This document shows, one piece after another, positions 8,774 through 16,937 of a DNA stretch of 64,000 bases. The position numbers and the translations under genes were made by a program. The notes under the pieces were generated by a model, which had not been told where the DNA came from, ran no database searches, and was given only the letters and a program-made list of their open reading frames with translations. The DNA lies in contig CAZAUT010000004.1 of assembly GCA_964488535.1 (NCBI GenBank), forward strand, positions 3,409 through 67,408. The letters are read 5' to 3'. The stretch's first letter is position 1; each line of letters opens with the position of its first letter. This DNA is from an uncultured Gammaproteobacteria bacterium. Its GTDB lineage: Bacteria > Patescibacteriota > Microgenomatia > UBA8517.

Positions 8774-10813
8774 ATGTTCATAAACGATTTATCTTATATT
8801 CTAAAATGGTGGTTTGTAATACTCTCGATCGGGATTATTTTTTTTCCCATAACATGGCTGATTTTTAAAAAATTCTTCGGACTCGGATACGCACTCGGTA
8901 AAACCCTAGGGATAGTTCTTATTTCTTACCTGGTATTTCTTCTTTCCATTCTTAAGATTGCGCCATTCACTCCCTTTTCCCTATATTCCTGTATTCTTAT
9001 ATTCTTGTTTTTAAACGGCTTTATCTTTTACAAAAACCGTGGCTCTATCGTAAAAGACCTCAAAAGCAATATCTTCAAAATAATTGTCCAGGAGACACTT
9101 TTTGCCGGAGGATTACTGCTCTGGTCATACGTCAGAGCCCACCAACCCGAAATTCGCGGACTGGAAAAATTTATGGATTACGGATTTATAAATTCCATCC
9201 TGAGGGGTGAAACGCTTCCGCCTCAGGACATGTGGGCAGCCGGACACACCATTAATTACTATTGGTTCGGACATTTTGTAACGGCAGTATTAACAACACT
9301 TTCAAATATCCCCTCGGAAATTACATACAATCTCATGATTGCTTCAATCATGGGTCTGACAATTTCTTCGGCGTTTGTAATTTCTTCAACCCTCATTCAA
9401 AGAGTCTCTAAAGTTCCCGGACAAAAGCTCGTTTATGTTGCAGGTATTGTTTCGGCCCTTGTACTTACGTTCGGCGGTAATTTTCACACACCCTTTTACG
9501 TACTTAAAAACGGATCGGACAGGTATTGGTATCCCGATGCAACCAGATTTATAGGCTATAATCCGGAAACCAACGATAAAACCATTCACGAATTTCCTAT
9601 GTATTCTTTTGTCGTCTCAGACCTCCACGGGCATCTTCTGAACCTTCCTTTTGTCCTTCTTTTTTTAGCATCGGCCTTTGCCGTTGTCGATTACAAAAGA
9701 AACAATGCTTTTGAGTTCAATAGACTTTTGATCCCCGGCTTTCTTCTTGGAACAATGTTTATGACATCAACGTGGGATTTCGGCAACTATCTCTTGGCTT
9801 TTGGTTTTATTCTTTTGTACTCTTCTCTAAATGAGAATAAATTTAAAATCCCGGTGACACTTTGGCAAGTGGGTAAAACCATGGTTTATACCATTGCGAT
9901 TGGTGTTGTCGTCTCCCTTCCGTTTATTTTCAATTTTGAATCGATTGCCGAGGGTGTCAGATTTGTGCATAGCCGAACACCTGTGTGGCAGCTTTTGATT
10001 CTGTGGGGTTTTCCCTTACTTCTTTCGGTCATCTTTGTAACGGTTGTAAAAAAACTGGGAAAAAAACTCCCGCCGTCCGACTTGTTTATTCTATCGTTAC
10101 TTACGACTTCATTTTTTCTGATTTTTCTGCCTGAACTGATATATCTCAAGGACATCTATGCAGCAACTCATTACAGGGCAAACACGATGTTTAAACTTAC
10201 TTATCAGGCATTCGTTATGAGCTACCTTTCCGCTGGATATATCATTACCAGACAAGTATCGCTTGAGACGGACAAATATGTAAAACGGCTGTCAATTATT
10301 TTCTGGGCAGTCGTCTTATACTCAATATTGATGTATGCAGATATTTCGACAGGTGCATATTACGGCAAGCTTAAAAACTATCGGGGCCTTGACGGTATCG
10401 CCTGGGTCCAGAACCAATACCCGGAGTACTATGAAACAATTAACTGGTTAAAGATCAACGCCCCAAAAGGTTCCGTATTGCTCGAGGCACCGGGGGATTC
10501 ATATTCCGACCAGAATATAGTTTCGTCATATACCGGTATACCGACGGTTTCCGGGTGGTACGTTCATGAATGGCTCTGGCGTGGCAGCTCCGAATTTCCG
10601 CAAAAACGGGTTATGGACATCAGCAATATTTATCAGGCGCAAAACGCTCAAACGGCCCAGAATCTGCTAAATAAATACAATGTCACTTATGTTATTGTTG
10701 GAGCCTTTGAAAAGGATCGTTTTCCCTCGATTAACGAAGCTGTAATCAAAGAAATCGCCCTGCCCGTTTTCCAATCGGGAACGACAACGGTGTATAAATT
10801 GAATAATGAATAA
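8774..10813 (+). CDS. large polytopic membrane protein, DUF2298 / Chlor_Arch_YYY-type (putative oligosaccharyl/glycosyl transferase-like)
   Basis: 679 aa with about 14 transmembrane segments followed by a soluble C-terminal domain (…SGWYVHEWLWRGS…NVTYVIVG). The architecture resembles archaeal/Chloroflexi YYY-domain proteins. Confidence 0.45.
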   Translation: MFINDLSYILKWWFVILSIGIIFFPITWLIFKKFFGLGYALGKTLGIVLISYLVFLLSILKIAPFTPFSLYSCILIFLFLNGFIFYKNRGSIVKDLKSNIFKIIVQETLFAGGLLLWSYVRAHQPEIRGLEKFMDYGFINSILRGETLPPQDMWAAGHTINYYWFGHFVTAVLTTLSNIPSEITYNLMIASIMGLTISSAFVISSTLIQRVSKVPGQKLVYVAGIVSALVLTFGGNFHTPFYVLKNGSDRYWYPDATRFIGYNPETNDKTIHEFPMYSFVVSDLHGHLLNLPFVLLFLASAFAVVDYKRNNAFEFNRLLIPGFLLGTMFMTSTWDFGNYLLAFGFILLYSSLNENKFKIPVTLWQVGKTMVYTIAIGVVVSLPFIFNFESIAEGVRFVHSRTPVWQLLILWGFPLLLSVIFVTVVKKLGKKLPPSDLFILSLLTTSFFLIFLPELIYLKDIYAATHYRANTMFKLTYQAFVMSYLSAGYIITRQVSLETDKYVKRLSIIFWAVVLYSILMYADISTGAYYGKLKNYRGLDGIAWVQNQYPEYYETINWLKINAPKGSVLLEAPGDSYSDQNIVSSYTGIPTVSGWYVHEWLWRGSSEFPQKRVMDISNIYQAQNAQTAQNLLNKYNVTYVIVGAFEKDRFPSINEAVIKEIALPVFQSGTTTVYKLNNE

Positions 10814-10946
10814 TGAATTATGGGGAATGGAAATCCCATACCCCGTACCTCATACTTCATACCCCACCTTCAAATGTATAACGTATAATGTATAACGTAT
10901 TACATCCTGAATATCTCGTACTACGTATTGCGTATTTCGTAAAAAT

Positions 10947-12926
10947 ATGGACAACATACTGAATGGGTTAAACAAACAACAAACAGAGGCGGTGATCTAC
11001 TCCGGCGAATCGCTTCTTGTATTGGCTGGCGCCGGAAGCGGAAAGACCAAAGTACTGACGCATAGGGCAGCTTATATGATCACACAAAACATGGCCGGTC
11101 CGGAGAACCTTTTGCTTCTTACTTTCACAAATAAAGCTGCAAATGAAATGAAGGAGCGCATTAACGGGTTACTTACGGCCTATCACGCCCTGTCTGTTGC
11201 CGGTCAGCCGTTTGCCGGCACCTTTCACTCCTTTTGTGCCCGAATACTGCGAATCGACGGTGAATGGATCGGGGTTCCCCGGGATTTCTTGATTTACGAC
11301 GACAGCGATCAGAAAACCCTTATAAGCCAAATTATCAAAGAATTGGGTCTTCCGAAGGAGTATTACAATCCGGGTTCCATCGCATCACAAATATCCGAAG
11401 CAAAAACCATGATGCTTTCTCCCCTTGAATACGCCGAAGTATCTTACTCAAGAGAAAAGGAAAAAATATTCAAAATTTATAACGAATACGAAAAAGCGTT
11501 AAAAAAAGCGGGAGCGCTTGACTTTGACGATCTGCTTTTACGCTGTGTAACTCTTTTATCCGAAAGTAAACCGGTTTTGGGTAAATGGCAAAAACGTTTG
11601 ACACATATTTTTGTTGACGAATGGCAGGATACAAATATCGCTCAATATAAATTGACGAACCTCCTTGTCGGAAAGAGAAAAAACCTAACAGCCGTCGGTG
11701 ATTTTTCTCAATCGATTTACAGCTGGAGAGGGGCAGATTATAAAAACCTTAATAAATTAAAAAAAGATTACCCCAATATAAAAGTAATTAACCTTGAGCA
11801 AAATTACCGCTCAACGCAGGTGATTTTAGACGCTGCAAATTGTGTTATCAAAAGAAACACCTCCCACCCCGTCCTGTCTCTCTGGACAGACAAAAAGGGC
11901 GGGGAAAAAATTACTCTCTATCGGGCAAGAAATGAACTTGACGAGGCGGATTATGTAGTTGATCAAGTAAATAAGTTAATTGGGGAATTAGACAAAAATA
12001 AAAACTCAATCAACCGGTTAACTAATCAACTTTCCTACTCCGATGTTGCTGTCCTCTACCGAACCAATGCCCAATCGCGTGTTTTGGAAGAAGCGCTTCT
12101 TCACGCCGGAATTCCTTACGTTCTCGTGGGTGGTGTGAGGTTTTATGAAAGACGCGAAGTCAAAGACGTCTTGGCATTTTTGCGGGTATTGGCTAACCCT
12201 AAAGATTCCGTTTCAAGAAATCGAATTGAGAAATTGGGAGTCAGAAGATTGGAAAAGTTTAAGGAACTTGCTAATAGCTTGCGGTCTACGGACAACAGCA
12301 AGAAGACTAAGGAAACGTCGGATAAATTTACCACCCTTGAACTTCTCGATGCTATCCTTCAAAACACCGACTATCTTTCAAAATACAAAGCCGAAACGGA
12401 AGAAAATCAAGCCCGCCTTGAAAACATAAAAGAACTGCGCTCCGTCGCCATGGAATTTCCCGACTTATATGAATTTCTTGAAAATGTAGCGTTAAAAGAG
12501 GCCGGGCCATCCTTCCCGCAATTAAATCGGGTCTCTGCGGAAAAGCCCCCGGACAATAAAAATTGTGTAACACTCATGACTCTCCACGCTGCCAAAGGTT
12601 TGGAGTTTTCCATTGTCTTCATTGTTGGTATGGAAGAAGGACTGTTTCCTCACTCAAGAAGCTTGTTCGAGACGTCTCAACTCGAAGAGGAAAGACGTCT
12701 TTGTTATGTTGGAATTACCCGTGCAAAAGAAAAACTGTACCTAACATACGCGGGCAGACGTCTGTTTTTCGGCCAAAAATCCTCCAACCCCCCAAGCAGG
12801 TTCATCATCGACATTCCAGAAGAACTTCTCGATGGATCGGAAACCCCTCTACGAAGTTTTATTAGAGATAATCCGTTTTTAGACAATGGTGACCTTGGCG
12901 ATTTTGATGACGATATTAATTTTTAA
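10947..12926 (+). CDS. ATP-dependent DNA helicase, PcrA/UvrD family (SF1)
   Basis: Motif I AGAGSGKT, Ia TFTNKAANEM, II VDEWQDTN, III GDFSQSIYSWRGA, IV VAVLYRTNAQSR, V/VI TLHAAKGLEF...VGITRAKEKLYL. Confidence 0.85.
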   Translation: MDNILNGLNKQQTEAVIYSGESLLVLAGAGSGKTKVLTHRAAYMITQNMAGPENLLLLTFTNKAANEMKERINGLLTAYHALSVAGQPFAGTFHSFCARILRIDGEWIGVPRDFLIYDDSDQKTLISQIIKELGLPKEYYNPGSIASQISEAKTMMLSPLEYAEVSYSREKEKIFKIYNEYEKALKKAGALDFDDLLLRCVTLLSESKPVLGKWQKRLTHIFVDEWQDTNIAQYKLTNLLVGKRKNLTAVGDFSQSIYSWRGADYKNLNKLKKDYPNIKVINLEQNYRSTQVILDAANCVIKRNTSHPVLSLWTDKKGGEKITLYRARNELDEADYVVDQVNKLIGELDKNKNSINRLTNQLSYSDVAVLYRTNAQSRVLEEALLHAGIPYVLVGGVRFYERREVKDVLAFLRVLANPKDSVSRNRIEKLGVRRLEKFKELANSLRSTDNSKKTKETSDKFTTLELLDAILQNTDYLSKYKAETEENQARLENIKELRSVAMEFPDLYEFLENVALKEAGPSFPQLNRVSAEKPPDNKNCVTLMTLHAAKGLEFSIVFIVGMEEGLFPHSRSLFETSQLEEERRLCYVGITRAKEKLYLTYAGRRLFFGQKSSNPPSRFIIDIPEELLDGSETPLRSFIRDNPFLDNGDLGDFDDDINF

Positions 12927-13103
12927 GTTCTTTAATCCCTATATCGCTTAACTTTCTTAACCGATGCTTTCTCCCACTCCATACCCGCAGAATCCGTTAT
13001 TATTCCACATCACTGATTTCCGGTACTTTTTATTTGCCGATTCACCAATATTTAGCATGTTCTTGCACACCAAATTCTAATTTGATACAATTTGGTCAAA
13101 TTT

Positions 13104-13352
13104 ATGGTTGAACCGATAATAGATGCACAACAGAACAAAGAGAGTGCAATACGAGACCAGGGTAAATCAATGGGGTTAGAAGGAGAAGAATTAGAAAAAT
13201 TTCTTCAAGGTGAGCTTAGAAAGGAAGATCTTGGTATTCCTAGAATTGGTAAAACCCCTTGCCATGAACCCATAACACCTGAAAACCTAGTCCGGGATCC
13301 TCAAGAGGGTCTTTATATTAGACCAACGAAAAGAAAATCTGGTAAACCCTAA
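13104..13352 (+). CDS. hypothetical small charged protein
   Basis: ORF only. ATG at 13104 is in-frame with the TTG at 13092. TTGCAC-N17-TACAAT lies immediately upstream. No recognisable domain. Confidence 0.25.
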   Translation: MVEPIIDAQQNKESAIRDQGKSMGLEGEELEKFLQGELRKEDLGIPRIGKTPCHEPITPENLVRDPQEGLYIRPTKRKSGKP

Positions 13353-13492
13353 AAGGACTAGTTGAAGCTTAACAAGAAGCCGTATCTTAAACTGCTATCT
13401 TTTTGAACTGATTTGTCAATCTCCCAAACAAACAGAAATACCAATATCAAACCTGAATATTCTTTAATTGTTAAATCTCTATATAATGAATC

Positions 13493-14590
13493 ATGAGTTT
13501 TCGTCTTGTAGAAAATTCCGAAAAAGAATCGTTCAACAAAAAGGCAGTACACCCCCTCCAATCATGGGAATGGGGGAATTTTAGAAAAGAAAGCGGCAAC
13601 GGTGTTATCAGATTTGTAAACGCACATAAAAAAACAATTATTGAATCGTACACGCTTCTTACACACAAATTACCCGTATCTAAATATAAAATCGGCACAC
13701 TTATCAAGTGTCCCAAACCTACAAAAGAACTTTTTCCATACCTTAAAAAATTGGCGAAGGAAAATAATTTGATTTTTATCAAACTCGAGCCGAATGTAAC
13801 AATAAACTCAAAACTCAAAAGTCAAAACTCAAAGTTACAACTAAAAACTAAAAACGATTGGGGCGAATTTTTACAAAATAGTGGTTGCATAAAAGGAAAG
13901 ACGCTTTTTACCCCGACATCTTTCTGGATAGATCTTGCGAAATCGGAGGATGAACTTCTTAAATCCTTCTCCTCAAAAACCCGCTATAACATCCGATTGG
14001 CGCAAAAACACGGAGTTACCGTAACAAGTGATTCTTCCGACAAAGCATTTGAAAAATATCTGGAACTGACTTTTGAAACCGCAGAAAGACAGGGTTTTTT
14101 TGCCCACACCGAGAAATACCACAGGTTGATGTGGAAGCACCTGGGTGAAAACCAAAAACCAAAAATCCCCGAAGGAGAACAAGTTCCCTACGGGGCAGGC
14201 AAAAATCAAATAGCATATCTTCTGACGGCTACCTACAATAAAGAAGTAATTACTACCTGGATATTGTTTGTCTGGAAGGATTTTCTGTATTACCCTTACG
14301 GAGCCAGTAGTGATAAGTATAGAAACGTCATGGCTAATAATTTAATCATGTGGGAAGCGATAAAATTTGGGAAAAAAATGGGTTTAAAGACTTTTGATCT
14401 ATGGGGAAGAGAGGAAGGAAAGGGTTTTACAAAATTTAAGGAAGGTTACAATCCGCAAGTAGTGGAATTTTTAGGCAGTTGGGATTTTGTTGCCAATAAA
14501 CCGTTATATTATCTTTACCGCGGAATCGAATATTTAAGATGGCAAGTCTTAAAATTTCCATCAAAAATTAAACAAAGATTGAGAATATGA
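13493..14590 (+). CDS. FemAB-family aminoacyltransferase-like protein (peptidoglycan bridge formation family, GNAT fold)
   Basis: 365 aa. An N-terminal segment HPLQSWEWGNF and a C-terminal region IAYLLTATYNKEVI...LYYPYGASSD are typical of FemABX. An in-frame AAACTCAAAAG repeat block lies at 13803-13858. Confidence 0.5.
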   Translation: MSFRLVENSEKESFNKKAVHPLQSWEWGNFRKESGNGVIRFVNAHKKTIIESYTLLTHKLPVSKYKIGTLIKCPKPTKELFPYLKKLAKENNLIFIKLEPNVTINSKLKSQNSKLQLKTKNDWGEFLQNSGCIKGKTLFTPTSFWIDLAKSEDELLKSFSSKTRYNIRLAQKHGVTVTSDSSDKAFEKYLELTFETAERQGFFAHTEKYHRLMWKHLGENQKPKIPEGEQVPYGAGKNQIAYLLTATYNKEVITTWILFVWKDFLYYPYGASSDKYRNVMANNLIMWEAIKFGKKMGLKTFDLWGREEGKGFTKFKEGYNPQVVEFLGSWDFVANKPLYYLYRGIEYLRWQVLKFPSKIKQRLRI

Positions 14591-14850
14591 GAGTGATAGA
14601 AAAGAAAACTTGGCCGGAATTGTTTAAAAAGGTCAAGAGTAGAAAAAAGAATTTTGATGTGAGACTTTCCGATTTTAAATGTTTACCGGGAGATGTTTTG
14701 GTTTTGAAAGAATGGGACCCCGATACAAATAATTACACAGGAAGAGTGGTAAGGCGGAAAATTAAATTTATATTAAAATCCAAAGATATTGAAAAATTTT
14801 GGAGCAAGAAAGAAATCAAAAAACATGGGTTTGTTATAATGGGGTTTTGA
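14587..14850 (+). CDS. DUF3850/ASCH-like small protein
   Basis: 87 aa (FDVRLSDFK...GDVLVLKEWD). ATGA overlap with the upstream gene. Confidence 0.4.
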   Translation: MRVIEKKTWPELFKKVKSRKKNFDVRLSDFKCLPGDVLVLKEWDPDTNNYTGRVVRRKIKFILKSKDIEKFWSKKEIKKHGFVIMGF

Positions 14851-14851
14851 T

Positions 14852-15511
14852 ATGCACGGATTTAAAAGATTTCAGGGATTATTTATCATTATCGCAGTAG
14901 TAGTTTTCGTCAACATATTAAGTTACTATTTTCCAAAGGAAGAGGTGGAAGAGTTAATTGGGAATGCGGGAATTTTAGCCCCGATCGTTTACATTTTCTT
15001 TCATTTGTTAACATATATTTTTGCCCCTTTAAGCGGAACCTCAGTTACCGCAATTGGTTTTTTTCTTTTTGGTGAAACCGTTGTCATTTACTCTTATATT
15101 ACCGTACTTCTGTCGTCTGCGATCAATTTTTACATAGCACGAAGATGGGGAATTAAAGTTGTTAACGGTCTTGTTGGGAAAGAGGCTCTAAACAAATATA
15201 TTGGATTTGTAGATGATCATGGATACACAATGCTTACCCTTTCGAGAATATTTTTGCATGGTTTTTCTGATATTACTTCCTACTTTGCAGGACTTTCGAA
15301 AATGAAATTCCTGCCATATTTTTTAATAAGTGTTATCGCTACAATACCGGGAACAATTCTTCTGTACTTTATTTCCAGATTTTCAAAATCAACCCTCGAA
15401 TATGTTGTTTACAGCTTTTTATTTGCATCCATATTTTTTCCGATATTCATTCTTTTCAAATCAATGATTTTTAAAAAGAAACCGGTTGAGCACAATAGTT
15501 CAGTAGACTGA
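14852..15511 (+). CDS. TVP38/TMEM64 (DedA/SNARE-associated) family membrane protein
   Basis: 219 aa with the conserved ...FAPLSGTSVTAIGFFLFGE...FYIARRWG core. Confidence 0.6.
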   Translation: MHGFKRFQGLFIIIAVVVFVNILSYYFPKEEVEELIGNAGILAPIVYIFFHLLTYIFAPLSGTSVTAIGFFLFGETVVIYSYITVLLSSAINFYIARRWGIKVVNGLVGKEALNKYIGFVDDHGYTMLTLSRIFLHGFSDITSYFAGLSKMKFLPYFLISVIATIPGTILLYFISRFSKSTLEYVVYSFLFASIFFPIFILFKSMIFKKKPVEHNSSVD

Positions 15512-15558
15512 ACTACATGACTAAACATTTACACCATATATTGTTATAATTCACAAAC

Positions 15559-16131
15559 ATGATTGAAATTGTTTTTGAATCACATTCAACAACTGTCGAC
15601 AACGAAGCACATCTTTCCTCGGGACATTTTGATGTCGGGCTTTCGAAGCTTGGTGTTAAACAATCGCAAGAATTGGGAGAGCGATATAAAAACACAAATT
15701 TCGATGTGATCTTTTGTTCTGACCTCCAAAGAAGCTATAAAACCGCTGAAATTGGATTTGGAAATAAGTATCCGATCATTCGCGATAAACGGCTCCGTGA
15801 GTGTGATTATGGCGACCTTACACAAAAACCAAGCAGCATTGTAGACGGGGAAAAATTAAAAAGGATAAAAATCCCCTTTCCGAATGGGGAAAGTTATGAT
15901 GACTGCGCAAAAAGAATAAAGGAGTTTTTGGAAGATTTATTAAAGGACTACGAAGGTAAAACCGTCATGATTGTCGGACACCGCGCGACACAATACGGAC
16001 TTGAACACTGGATTAAAGGAATTCCTTTGAAGGAAATTATTGCAACTCCATGGAAATGGCAACCCGGTTGGACTTATCAATTTTCGGGGTTTGCCTCTTC
16101 ACGTCTTCCCAACTCCAAAGCGTTTATGTGA
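15559..16131 (+). CDS. histidine phosphatase (phosphoglycerate mutase-like) family protein
   Basis: N-terminal ESHSTT catalytic-His motif and VIFCSDLQRSYKTAEI. Confidence 0.55.
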   Translation: MIEIVFESHSTTVDNEAHLSSGHFDVGLSKLGVKQSQELGERYKNTNFDVIFCSDLQRSYKTAEIGFGNKYPIIRDKRLRECDYGDLTQKPSSIVDGEKLKRIKIPFPNGESYDDCAKRIKEFLEDLLKDYEGKTVMIVGHRATQYGLEHWIKGIPLKEIIATPWKWQPGWTYQFSGFASSRLPNSKAFM

Positions 16132-16461
16132 TTAAAAACTTACCTTATTGAGTTTATTATTATTTTCAATTTTTCCCGTTTTCGTGTCGTATTCGGCATT
16201 TTCCCAATCCGAACATCTTCTTACTAGTGCCAAACAATGCCTACTAAGAACAAAACGCCTTACGGGACCTGTCCAATAAAAATCGCCCTTGGCAATCCGC
16301 AAGGGATCAATTCCTGTTGTTTGTGCTATATGGTATAAAGTGCAGGGTTTCCCGCTATCCGCTACAGGACAATTATTTTCCTGACATCTTTTTAATTTGG
16401 TGCCCCAATTTATCAGCCAATCGGCAAATCTGTTTACGTGTATTTCAGCCATAATTGTCAA
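16132..16461 (-). CDS. hypothetical Cys-rich protein
   Basis: 109 aa. Its 5' end overlaps the NUDIX gene by 4 bp, consistent with an operon with the helicase-nuclease. Confidence 0.35.
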   Translation of the reverse strand: MTIMAEIHVNRFADWLINWGTKLKRCQENNCPVADSGKPCTLYHIAQTTGIDPLRIAKGDFYWTGPVRRFVLSRHCLALVRRCSDWENAEYDTKTGKIENNNKLNKVSF

Positions 16462-16937
16462 ACAGATTCGTTGAGTAATCGTTTTATCTTTTCCATGTTT
16501 TCCTCAATCAATTCTCTTTGTTCCGGCCAGAACATGGAGGGTAATTTGTTAATATCAAACCATTCCAATTGTAAATTACCTTCATCCGGCTGGAGATTTT
16601 GTTTTCCTGAAACATCACCTGTAACAAATAAAAAATAATGCGCAATTTTCCAATCTGTCTTTTTAAAGGAAAATCTTTCCTTAACTCCAAGTTTGCAAAT
16701 CATCTTTATATTTTGAAGTCCCGTTTCTTCGCAAATTTCTCTAATTGCAGTATTCTTAATCGTCTCCCCCCGTTCACGCGTACCTTTTGGAAGCACGTAG
16801 TCCTTATATTTGTCCGTTTTAAGAAGGGCAATTTTTAACTTTGCCCGATCTTTTCTAATTACTATTCCACCCGCAGTGGTAGAAACTGGAAAGTTAGAAT
16901 CGTTAGGTTTTATATACCAGCTTTTATCAATTTTCAT
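16458..16937 (-). CDS. NUDIX hydrolase
   Basis: Nudix box PKGTRERGETIKNTAIREICEETG. Start placed at MKIDKSW (ATG at 16935-16937), which overlaps the stop of the upstream helicase. The longer annotated ORF N-terminus lies inside the helicase gene. Confidence 0.7.
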   Translation of the reverse strand: MKIDKSWYIKPNDSNFPVSTTAGGIVIRKDRAKLKIALLKTDKYKDYVLPKGTRERGETIKNTAIREICEETGLQNIKMICKLGVKERFSFKKTDWKIAHYFLFVTGDVSGKQNLQPDEGNLQLEWFDINKLPSMFWPEQRELIEENMEKIKRLLNESV

